Source of the DNA: Antedon mediterranea
Lineage: Eukaryota; Animalia; Echinodermata
DNA length: 64,000 bases
Assembly: GCF_964355755.1 (NCBI RefSeq)
Contig: NC_092678.1
Location: forward strand, 10,414,352-10,478,351
Reading direction: 5' to 3'
The notes under the pieces were generated by a model. That model saw only the letters and a program-made list of their open reading frames with translations. It was not told where the DNA came from and searched no databases. This document shows, piece after piece, positions 25,447-35,739 of the stretch; the first letter of the stretch is position 1, and every line of letters begins with the position of its first letter. Made by a program: the position numbers and the translations under genes.

Positions 25447-28400
25447 GTTTGTATAACCAAGTTTTTTCGAAAATCACAAAATGGTCTAAAACGTCTCCAA
25501 ATGCGATTTGAAGCTTTTCCAAGCACTTTGCTGTTTTTATGTTAACAATTTTTTTCGAAAATCATAAAATGGTCTAAAACGTCTCAAAATGCGATTTGAA
25601 GGTATTCTGAGCACTTTGGTGTTTTTGTGTGAAAAGTTTTAACGAAATGCTCAAAATGGTCTAAAACGGTTCTAATGTGATTTTAAGCACTTTGATGTTT
25701 TTGTATAACCAAGTTTCATCGAAATGCACAAAATGGTCTAAAACGTCTCCAAATGCGATTTAAAGCTATTCTAGACACTTTGATGTTTTGTGTGAAAAAT
25801 TTTCTCGAAATGCTCAAAATGGTCTAAAACGTTTTCCAATACCATATTAAGCTATTTTGTGCAATTTGATGTTTTTGTGTAACCAAGTTTTTTGAAATGC
25901 GATTTGAAGATATTCTGAGGACTTTGGTGTTTTTATGTTAAAAAGTTTTTTCGAAAATCACAAAATGGTCTAAAACGTCTCCAAATGCGATTTGAAGATA
26001 TTCTGAGCACTTTGGTGTTTTTATGTTAAAAAGTTTTTTGGAAAATCACAAAATGGTCTAAAACGACTCCAAATGCGATTTGAAGCTATCCTGTACACTT
26101 TGATGTTTTGTGTGAAAAAGTTTTGTCGAAATGCTCAAAATGATCTAAAACGTTTTTAAAACGATATTAAGCTATTTTGTGCTCTTTGATGTTTTTGTGT
26201 ATCCAAGTTTCATCGAAATGAACAAAATGGTCTAAAACGTTTTTAAATACGATATTAAGCTGTTTTGTGCACTTTGATGATTTGTGTGAAAAGTTTTAAC
26301 GAAATGCTCAAAATAGTCTAAAACGGTTTCTAATGTGATTTTAAGCACTTTGATGTTTTTGTGTAACCAAGTTTTTTCGGAAATCACAAAATGGTCTAAA
26401 ACGTCTCCAAATGCGATTTGAAGCTTTTCTAAGCACTTTGGTGTTTTTATGTTAACAAGTTTTTTCGAAAATCACAAAATGGTCTAAAACGTCTCAAAAT
26501 GCGATTTGAAGGTAATCTGAGCACTTTGGTGTTTTTGTGTGAAAAGTTTTAACGAAATGCTCAAAATGGTCTAAAACGGTTTCTAATGTGATTTTAACAA
26601 CTTTGATGTTTTTGTGTAACCAAGTTTTTTCGAAAATCACAAAATGGTCTAAAACGTTTCCAAATGCGATTTGAAGCTTTTCTAAGCACTTTGGTGTTTT
26701 TATGTTAACAAGTTTTTTCGAAAATCACAAAATGGTCTAAAACGTCTCCAAATGCGATTTGAAGATATTCTGAGCACTTTGGTGTTTTTCTGTTAAAAAG
26801 TATTTTCGAAAATCACAAAATGGTCTAAAACGTCTCCAAATGCAATTTGAAGCTATTCTGTACACTTTGATGTTTTGTGTGAAAAAGTTTTGTCAAAATG
26901 CTCAAAATGGTCTAAAACGTTTTTAAAACGATATTAAGCTATTTTGTGCTCTTTGATGTTTTTGTATAACCAAGTTTTTTCGAAATGAACAAAATGGTCT
27001 AAAACGTCTCCAAATGCGATTTGAAGCTTTTCTAAACACTTTGGTGTTTTTATGTTAACAAGTTTTTTCGAAAATCACAAAATGGTCTAAAACGTCTCCA
27101 AATCCGATTTGAAGCTATTCTGTACACTTTGATGTTTTGTGTGAAAAAGTTTTGTCGAAATGCTCAAAATGGTCTAAAACGTTTTTAAAACGATATTAAG
27201 CTATTTTGTGCTCTTTGATGTTTTTGTGTAACCAAGTTTCATCGATATGAACAAAATGGTCTAAAACGTCTCAAAATGCGATTTGAAGGTATTCTGAGCA
27301 CTTTGGTGTTTTTGGGTGAAAAGTTTTAACGAAATGCTCAAAATGGTCTAAAACGGTTTCTAATGTGATTTTAAGCACTTTGAAGTATTTGTAAAAACAA
27401 GTTTCATCGAAATGCACAAAATAGTCTAAAACGTCTCCAAATGCGATTTGAAGCTTTTCTAAGCACTTTGGTGTTTTTATGTTAACAAGTTTTTTCGAAA
27501 ATCACAAAATGGTCTAAAACGTCTCCAAATGCGATTTGAAGATATTCTGAGCACTTTGGTGTTTTTATGTTAAAAAGTATTTTCGAAAATCACAAAATGG
27601 TCTAAAACGTCTCCAAATGCGATTTGAAGCTCTTCTGTACACTTTGATGTTTTGTGTGAAAAAGTTTAGTCGAAATGCTCAAAATGGTCTAAAACGTTTT
27701 TAAAACGATATTAAGCTATTTTGTGCTCTTTGATGTTTTTGTGTAACCAAGTTTCATCGAAATGAACAAAATGGTCTAAAACGTCTCCAAATGCGATTTG
27801 AAGCTTTTCTAAGCACTTTGGTGTTTTTATGTTAACAAGTTTTTTCGAAAATCACAAAATGGTCTAAAACGTCTCCAAATGCGATTTGAAGATATTCTGA
27901 GCACTTTGCTGTTTTTATGTTAACAAGTTTTTTCGAAAATCACAAAATGGTCTAAAACGTCTCAAAATGCTATTTGAAGGTATTCTGAGCACTTTGGTGT
28001 TTTTGTGTGAAAAGTTTTAACGAAATGCTCAAAATGGTCTAAAACGGTTCTAATGTGATTTTAAACACTTTGATGTTTTGTGTGAAAAAGTTTTGTCAAA
28101 ATGCTGAAAATGGTCTAAAACGTTTTTAAAACGATATTAAGCTATTTTGTGCTCTTTGATGTTTTTGTATAACCAAGTTTTTTCGAAAATCACAAAATGG
28201 TCTAAAACGTCTCCAAATGCGATTTGAAGATATTCTGAGCACTTTGGTGTTTTTATGTTAAAAAGTTTTTTCGAAAATCACAAAATGGTCTAAAACGTCT
28301 CCAAATGCGATTTGAAGATATTCTGAGCACTTTGGTGTTTTTATGTTAAAAAGTTTTTTCGAAAATCACAAAATGGTCTAAAACGTCTCCAAATGCGATT

Positions 28401-31400
28401 TGAAGCTATTCTATACACTTTGATGTTTTGTGTTAAAAAGTTTTGTCGAAATGCTCAAAATGGTTTAAAACGTTTTTAAAACGATATTAAGCTATTTTGT
28501 GCTCTTTGATGTTTTTGTGTAACCAAGTTTCATCGAAATGAACAAAATGGTCTAAAACGTCTCCAAATGCGATTTGAAGCTTTTCCAAGCACTTTGCTGT
28601 TTTTATGTTAACAAGTTTTTTCGAAAATCACAAAATTGTCTAAAACGTCTCAAAATGCGATTTAAAGGTATTCTGAGCACTTTGGTGTTTTTGTGTGAAA
28701 AGTTTTAACGAAAAGCTCAAAATGGTCTAAAACGGTTCTAATGTGATTTTAAGCACTTTGATGTTTTTGTACAACCAAGTTTCATCGAAATGCTCAAAAT
28801 GGTCTAAAACGTTTTTAAAACGATATTAAGCTATTTTGTGCTCTTTGATGTTTTTGTGTAACCAAGTTTTTTCGAAAATCACAAAATGGTCTAAAACGTC
28901 TCCAAATGCGATTTGAAGCTTTTCTAAGCACTTTGGTGTTTTTATGTTAACAAGTTTTTTTGAAAATCACAAAATGGTCTAAAACGTCTCAAAATGCGAT
29001 TTGAAGGTATTCTGAGCACTTTGGTGTTTTTGTGTGAAAAGTTTTAACGAAATGCTCAAAATGGTCTAAAACGGTTTCTAATGTGATTTTAACCACTTTG
29101 ATGTTTTTGTGTAACCAAGTTCTTTTCGAAAATCACAAAATGGTCTAAAACGTCTCCAAATGCGATTTGAAGCTTTTCTAAGCACTTTGGTGTTTTTATG
29201 TTAACAAGTTTTTTCGAAAATCACAAAATGGTCTAAAACGTCTCAAAATGCTATTTGAAGGTATTCTGAGCACTTTGGTGTTTTTGTGTGAAAAGTTTTA
29301 ACGAAATGCTCAAAATGGTCTAAAACGGTTCTAATGTGATTTTAAGCACTTTGATGTTTTTGTATAACCAAGTTTCATCGAAATGCTCAAAATGGTCTAA
29401 AACGTTTTTAAAACGATATTAAGCTATTTTGTGCTCTTTGATGTTTTTGTGTAACGAAGTTTCATCGAAATGAACAAAATGGTCTAAAACGTCTCCAAAT
29501 GCGATTTGAAGCTTTTCCAAGCACTTTGCTGTTTTTATGTTAACAAGTTTTTTCGAAAATCACAAAATGGCCTAAAACGTCTCAAAATGCGATTTCAAGG
29601 TATTCTGAGCACTTTGGTGTTTTTGTGTGAAAGGTTTTAACGAAATGCTCAAAATGGTCTAAAACGGTTTCTAATGTGATTTAAAGCACTTTGATGTTTT
29701 TGTATAACCAAGTTTCATCGAAATGCACAAAATGGTCTAAAACGTCTCCAAATGCGATTTGAAGCTTTTCTAAGCACTTTGCTGTTTTTATGTTAACAAG
29801 TTTTTTCGAAAATCACAAAATGGTCTAAAACGTCTCCAAATGCGATTTGAAGATATTCTGAGCACTTTGCTGTTTTTATGTTAACAAGTTTTTTCGAAAA
29901 TCACAAAATGGTCTAAAACGTCTCAAAATGCTATTTGAAGGTATTCTGAGCACTTTGGTGTTTTTGTGTGAAAAGTTTTAACGAAATGCTCAAAATGGTC
30001 TAAAACGGTTCTAATGTGATTTTAAACACTTTGATGTTTTGTGTGAAAAAGTTTTGTCAAAATGCTGAAAATGGTCTAAAACGTTTTTAAAACGATATTA
30101 AGCTATTTTGTGCTCTTTGATGTTTTTGTATAACCAAGTTTTTTCGAAAATCACAAAATGGTCTAAAACGTCTCCAAATGCGATTTGAAGATATTCTGAG
30201 CACTTTGGTGTTTTTATGTTAAAAAGTTTTTTCGAAAATCACAAAATGGTCTAAAACGTCTCCAAATGCGATTTGAAGATATTCTGAGCACTTTGGTGTT
30301 TTTATGTTAAAAAGTTTTTTCGAAAATCACAAAATGGTCTAAAACGTCTCCAAATGCGATTTGAAGCTATTCTATACACTTTGATGTTTTGTGTTAAAAA
30401 GTTTTGTCGAAATGCTCAAAATGGTTTAAAACGTTTTTAAAACGATATTAAGCTATTTTGTGCTCTTTGATGTTTTTGTGTAACCAAGTTTCATCGAAAT
30501 GAACAAAATGGTCTAAAACGTCTCCAAATGCGATTTGAAGCTTTTCCAAGCACTTTGCTGTTTTTATGTTAACAAGTTTTTTCGAAAATCACAAAATTGT
30601 CTAAAACGTCTCAAAATGCGATTTAAAGGTATTCTGAGCACTTTGGTGTTTTTGTGTGAAAAGTTTTAACGAAAAGCTCAAAATGGTCTAAAACGGTTCT
30701 AATGTGATTTTAAGCACTTTGATGTTTTTGTACAACCAAGTTTCATCGAAATGCTCAAAATGGTCTAAAACGTTTTTAAAACGATATTAAGCTATTTTGT
30801 GCTCTTTGATGTTTTTGTGTAACCAAGTTTTTTCGAAAATCACAAAATGGTCTAAAACGTCTCCAAATGCGATTTGAAGCTTTTCTAAGCACTTTGGTGT
30901 TTTTATGTTAACAAGTTTTTTTGAAAATCACAAAATGGTCTAAAACGTCTCAAAATGCGATTTGAAGGTATTCTGAGCACTTTGGTGTTTTTGTGTGAAA
31001 AGTTTTAACGAAATGCTCAAAATGGTCTAAAACGGTTTCTAATGTGATTTTAACCACTTTGATGTTTTTGTGTAACCAAGTTCTTTTCGAAAATCACAAA
31101 ATGGTCTAAAACGTCTCCAAATGCGATTTGAAGCTTTTCTAAGCACTTTGGTGTTTTTATGTTAACAAGTTTTTTCGAAAATCACAAAATGGTCTAAAAC
31201 GTCTCAAAATGCGATTTGAAGGTATTCTGAGCACTTTGGTGTTTTTGTGTGAAAAGTTTTAACGAAATGCTCAAAATGGTCTAAAACGGTTTCTAATGTG
31301 ATTTTAACCACTTTGATGTTTTTGTGTAACCAAGTTTTTTCGAAAATCACAAAATGGTCTAAAACGTCTCCAAATGCGATTTGAAGCTTTTCTAAGCACT

Positions 31401-33498
31401 TTGGTGTTTTTATGTTAACAAGTTTTTTCGAAAATCACAAAATGGTCTAAAACGTCTCCAAATGCGATTTGAAGCTATTCTGTACACTTTGATGTTTTGT
31501 GTGAAAAGTTTTAACGAAATGCTCAAAATTGTCTAAAACGGTTTCTAATGTGATTTTAAGCACTTTGATGTTTTTGTAAAACCAAGTTTCATCGAAATGC
31601 ACAAAATGGTCTAAAACGTCTCCAAATGCGATTTGAAGCTTTTCCAAGCACTTTGGTGTTTTTATGTTAACAAGGTTTTTCGAAAATCACAAAATGGTCT
31701 AAAACGTCTCCAAATGCGATTTGAAGCTTTTCCAAGCACTTTGCTGTTTTTATGTTAACAAGTTTTTTCGAAAATCACAAAATGGTCTAAAACGTCTCAA
31801 AATACGATATTAAGCTGTTTTGTGCACTTTGATGATTTGTGTGAAAAGTTTTAACGAAATGCTCAAAATGGTCTAAAACGGTTTCTAATGTGATTTTAAG
31901 CACTTTGATGTTTTTATGTAGCCAAGTTTTTTCGAAAATCACAAAATGGTCAAAAACGTCTCCAAATGCGATTTGAAGCTTTTCTAAGCACTTTGGTTTT
32001 TTTATGTTAACAAGTTTTTTCGAAAATCACAAAATGGTCTAAAACGTCTTCAAATGCGATTTGAAGATATTCTGAGCACTTTGGTGTTTTTCTGTTAAAA
32101 AGTATTTTCGAAAATCACAAAATGGCCTAAAACGTCTCCAAATGCGATTTGAAGCTATTCTGTACACTTTGATGTTTTGTGTGAAAAAGTTTTGTCAAAA
32201 TGCTCAAAATGGTCTAAAACGTTTTTAAAACGATATTAAGCTATTTTGTGCTCTTTGATGTGTTTGTATAACCAAGTTTTTTCGAAAATCACAAAATGGT
32301 CTAAAACGTCTCCAAATGCGATTTGAAGCTTTTCCAAGCACTTTGCTGTTTTTATGTTAACAATTTTTTTCGAAAATCATAAAATGGTCTAAAACGTCTC
32401 CAAATGCGATTTGAAGCTATTCTGTACACTTTGATGTTTTGTGTGAAAAGTTTTGTCGAAATGCTCAAAATGGTCTAAAACGTTTTTAAAACGATATTAA
32501 GCTATTTTGTGCTCTTTGATGTTTTTGTGTAACCAAGTTTCATCGAAATGAGCAAAATGGTCTAAAACGTCTCCAAATGCGATTTGAAGCTTTTCTAAGC
32601 ACTTTGGTGTTTTTATGTTAACAAGTTTTTTCGAAAATCACAAAATGGTCTAAAACGTCTCCAAATGCGATTTGAAGATATTCTGAGCACTTTGCTGTTT
32701 TTATGTTAACAAGTTTTTTCGAAAATCACAAAATGGTCTAAAACGTCTCAAAATGCTATTTGAAGGTATTCTGAGCACTTTGGTGTTTTTGTGTGAAAAG
32801 TTTTAACGAAATGCTCAAAATGGTCTAAAACGGTTCTAATGTGATTTTAAGCACTTTGATGTTTTTGTATAACCAAGTTTCATCGAAATGCTCAAAATGG
32901 TCTAAAACGTTTTTAAAACGATATTAAGCTATTTTTTGCTCTTTGATGTTTTTGTGTAACGAAGTTTCATCGAAATGAACAAAATGGTCTAAAACGTCTC
33001 CAAATGCGATTTGAAGCTTTTCCAAGCACTTTGCTGTTTTTATGTTAACAAGTTTTTTCGAAAATCACAAAATGGCCTAAAACGTCTCAAAATGCGATTT
33101 CAAGGTATTCTGAGCACTTTGGTGTTTTTGTGTGAAAGGTTTTAACGAAATGCTCAAAATGGTCTAAAACGGTTTCTAATGTGATTTAAAGCACTTTGAT
33201 GTTTTTGTATAACCAAGTTTCATCGAAATGCACAAAATGGTCTAAAACGTCTCCAAATGCGATTTGAAGCTTTTCTAAGCACTTTGCTGTTTTTATGTTA
33301 ACAAGTTTTTTCGAAAATCACAAAATGGTCTAAAACGTCTCCAAATGCGATTTGAAGATATTCTGAGCACTTTGGTGTTTTTATGTTAAAAAGTTTTTTC
33401 GAAAATCACAAAATGGTCTAAAACGTCTCCAAATGCGATTTGAAGATATTCTGAGCACTTTGGTGTTTTTATGTTAAAAAGTTTTTTCGAAAATCACA

Positions 33499-33502
33499 AA
33501 AT
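33499..33502 (+). other. Target-site duplication AAAT, left copy
   Basis: The left junction reads CACA-AAAT|GTGTAC, and the empty site in other monomers is CACA-AAAT-GGTCTA. Confidence 0.85.
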
Positions 33503-33532
33503 GTGTACAGCCACATCAAAACCAGGCGCTTG
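33503..33532 (+). repeat. Left terminal inverted repeat (30 bp)
   Basis: GTGTACAGCCACATCAAAACCAGGCGCTTG. Confidence 0.95.
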
Positions 33533-34149
33533 TCGCTAGATAGGGATTTGTGTAAAATGCATTTGAATGTGTGAAACTCATATTTTGACCATTTTGTTTT
33601 TTTACCATTATCTGATAGGAAATTTACCGTAGATTTCAAAAATATATATCTTATTAACTAATTCAAATGGAAAGGTGGTAAAAATTACATAAATCTGAGC
33701 CTCTATCCTCGTGTTTCGATTGAAAGAACGTGGTAATTCGTTATAAAAAAGCAGTTATTTTCGTCATTCCTACGCCGTAATTTTGTAGATAACCCCTGAA
33801 AGCTTGGTATCATTCGATAGGTATTTTGTTCATGAATCTAAAAATAAATGAGTGATGTCACAGATTGTACGATATAGACCAATAAAAACCGATTTTATAG
33901 AACCCTTTAGTGTAAACAAAAACGGCCTTGTTGCTACGAACATGCTGAAAGAAGCGATGTGATTGGTTTAATTTTGTCACATGACCCATCCAGCATGGAA
34001 AATTCCAGGTCAACAAAATCTTATCGCTAGTACACGCTTGTCGAGAAAAATATATTTTTTATAGTTCATCTAAGTACTGTACACAGTAATACTAAAGTGA
34101 CGTGTACTGACTCAGACTTGATAACAATAAGTGATAACATACTAAAGTA

Positions 34150-34500
34150 AAGGGCCTAGCTAAGTTATTTATCGTAAGAGTTGATATTAGCAATGTAACT
34201 CTCAATCCACTGGCACTAGGCCTAGGCCTAGGCTAGCTAGGTACAGCAGTAGTCTAGACCTGGCTCTACTAGCCTAGGCCTAGTACTATAAGCCTAGACT
34301 AGGCGGAGATCCGCCTAGGCCTACTACTACGCTGGGCTACTAGCCTAGATAGGCTGCATGGCATAGTAGGCCTAGCTAGCTAGTAATAATAATAGTAATA
34401 ACAACAACAAGGCCTAGCCCAATTAAAATAAGATAGAGTTTTCCTCTCTATAGTATAAAGCCTCCTGGAAGGCTTTACTTTACTGACTAGGCCTACTGCT
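34150..34500. repeat. Low-complexity CTAG/TAGGCCTA palindrome-rich tract inside the transposon
   Basis: About 20 CTAG tetramers in 350 bp. Includes the perfect 16-bp palindrome CTAGGCCTAGGCCTAG (34216-34231), hairpins at 34299-34318 and 34456-34477, and a short (AAT)n/(AAC)n run near 34385-34410. Confidence 0.85.
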
Positions 34501-34605
34501 GGGCTATTTTATTTATTTCAATTTGGTTAAATTTCATTATGTTTAAAAATTGCCAATGATGGGTTGGGTGTGTGGGGAGTATGTGTAAAACATAAACCGT
34601 AAAAA

Positions 34606-35078
34606 CCAGTACAATACAAATCCCTCACAAATAAAATACTGGTACCTTGGCTAAATTTCACGTTATTCATCATGCTTAAAAACATTGTTCAAGCTAACAG
34701 GTGTGTCTATCTGTCATGATCAGACCAGGTGCTGGTTCAACAATAGACGTATTACATAACATTAACAACAGTAAAATCCAGTACAATACAAATCCCTCAC
34801 AAATAAAATACTGGTACCTTGGCTAAATTTCAAGTTATTCATCATGCTTAAAAACATTGTTCAAGCTAACGGGTGTGGCTATCTGTTATGGAGCTGGTTC
34901 AACAATAGAATACATAACATTTGTTGAAGGTTTGCATGGCGAAATCAAATGTTGATATAAAGTTTGCGGTACACCACGTATATTAAGTCTGAAAAGAACT
35001 GTTGAGTTTCTCTTACATACATAACATTAACACTAAAAACCAATACAATACAAATCACTCACAAATAAAATACTGGTA
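34606..35078 (+). repeat. Internal 172-bp direct repeat (two copies plus a partial third)
   Basis: CCAGTACAATACAAATCCCTCACAAATAAAATACTGGTACCTTGGCTAAATTTCA starts at 34606 and at 34778. A diverged partial copy, CCAATACAATACAAATCACTCACAAATAAAATACTGGTA, lies at 35040-35078. Confidence 0.93.
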
Positions 35079-35705
35079 ATTGAATTTTGCCGACCAGAAA
35101 CGAGGGACATTGTGTGCCCTGCGCCATTTTGAACAAAAAGCAGATAAAATAAAGTAAAAAGAGAAATAAAATTGAATAAAGTTCATTAATAAAATGTTTG
35201 CTGTTTTTTTAAAATTTGTTTAGATCTAAAAATAAGCTAAGGCAATCTTCCTGAATACCTACTAGTAGGCCTACTGTATTATTCTTACACTACACTATTA
35301 TAAATGAATTTGACAGATTTTACGTAAATTAGTGGTACTTTGTAATCGTCATAATTAACTATGATAACCACCTCGGATTTTGATGAAATTTTTATGAATA
35401 TCAGAAAACACTATATTGAATAAGTGTGCCAAATTTCAGAATGATTGTTTATCTAGAAGGTAGTGTTGCTAAGGTGTTAATTGTTCAATCTGTAGCAGCA
35501 TGGGGCAACTTCCTGTCTGATTTGTCATTAAACTTTGACTGTTAATTACTCAGTAATTACAAATAAATTGTTGTATAAATGCTATATACATTTATTGCCA
35601 TAACTCTGGGAATATTTGCTTGATTTAAATGATCCAAACACCATTTTGAAGGATATATTGTGAGGAATACCATTATAGTATCAACTAAAAAAATATATAT
35701 TTCAC

Positions 35706-35735
35706 CAAGTGCCTGGTTTTGATGTGGCTGTACAC
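35706..35735 (-). repeat. Right terminal inverted repeat (30 bp)
   Basis: CAAGTGCCTGGTTTTGATGTGGCTGTACAC, the reverse complement of the left TIR with one mismatch. Confidence 0.95.
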
Positions 35736-35739
35736 AAAT
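35736..35739 (+). other. Target-site duplication AAAT, right copy
   Basis: The right junction reads GTACAC|AAAT-GGTCTAAAACG. Confidence 0.85.

Larger units (their letters stand above)
1..33502 (+). repeat. Tandem satellite array, left arm (87-88 bp monomers, 77-78 bp short class, higher-order organisation)
   Basis: The TGGTCTAAAAC core (or a 1-nt variant) starts at 183, 271, 359, 446, 533, 621 and 708 (spacings 88, 88, 87, 87, 88, 87). The short class spans 2564 to 2642 (78 bp). The array is continuous and in one orientation up to the insertion, and runs off the window edge. Confidence 0.99.
33503..35735. mobile_element. Non-autonomous TIR DNA transposon, 2233 bp, probably Sola1-like
   Basis: The left end GTGTACAGCCACATCAAAACCAGGCGCTTG matches the reverse complement of the right end, GTGTACAGCCACATCAAAACCAGGCACTTG (29/30). 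AAAT flanks both sides, and removing the element plus one AAAT restores the normal satellite core CACAAAATGGTCTA. The track shows no ORF of 60 aa or more inside. A 4-bp AWWT TSD with short G...C TIRs is the pattern I recall for Sola1; the superfamily call is inference and less certain than the TE call. Confidence 0.92.

Noticed and set aside
33503-33510. TIR start GTGTACAG equals the reverse complement of the satellite A-monomer motif CTGTACAC, suggesting the satellite derives from the TE
   Set aside because: The match is only 8 bp built around a palindrome (TGTACA), and the similarity does not extend convincingly, so chance is sufficient.
33600-33850. Two loosely similar subterminal motifs (ATCTGATAGGAAATTT and ATTCGATAGGTATTTT)
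   Set aside because: The similarity is too short and degenerate in AT-rich DNA to call a repeat or transposase-binding site without other copies.
34299-34318. Hairpin plus CTAG as a Helitron 3' end or an intrinsic terminator
   Set aside because: It sits in a CTAG-saturated low-complexity tract. There is no identifiable TC 5' end or A|T insertion site and no U-tract, and the context is eukaryotic.
34561-34579. G-quadruplex motif GGGTTGGGTGTGTGGGG
   Set aside because: It has only three G-runs of 3 or more, which is not a canonical intramolecular G4.
33502-35736. Alternative element boundaries: 31-bp TIR starting TG...CA with a 2-bp AA TSD, or an LTR-type element
   Set aside because: This parse is formally possible, but the 4-bp AAAT TSD with G...C ends fits a known superfamily better. 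A 2-bp AA TSD with TG ends is not a pattern I recognise, and there are no long direct terminal repeats, PBS or PPT.
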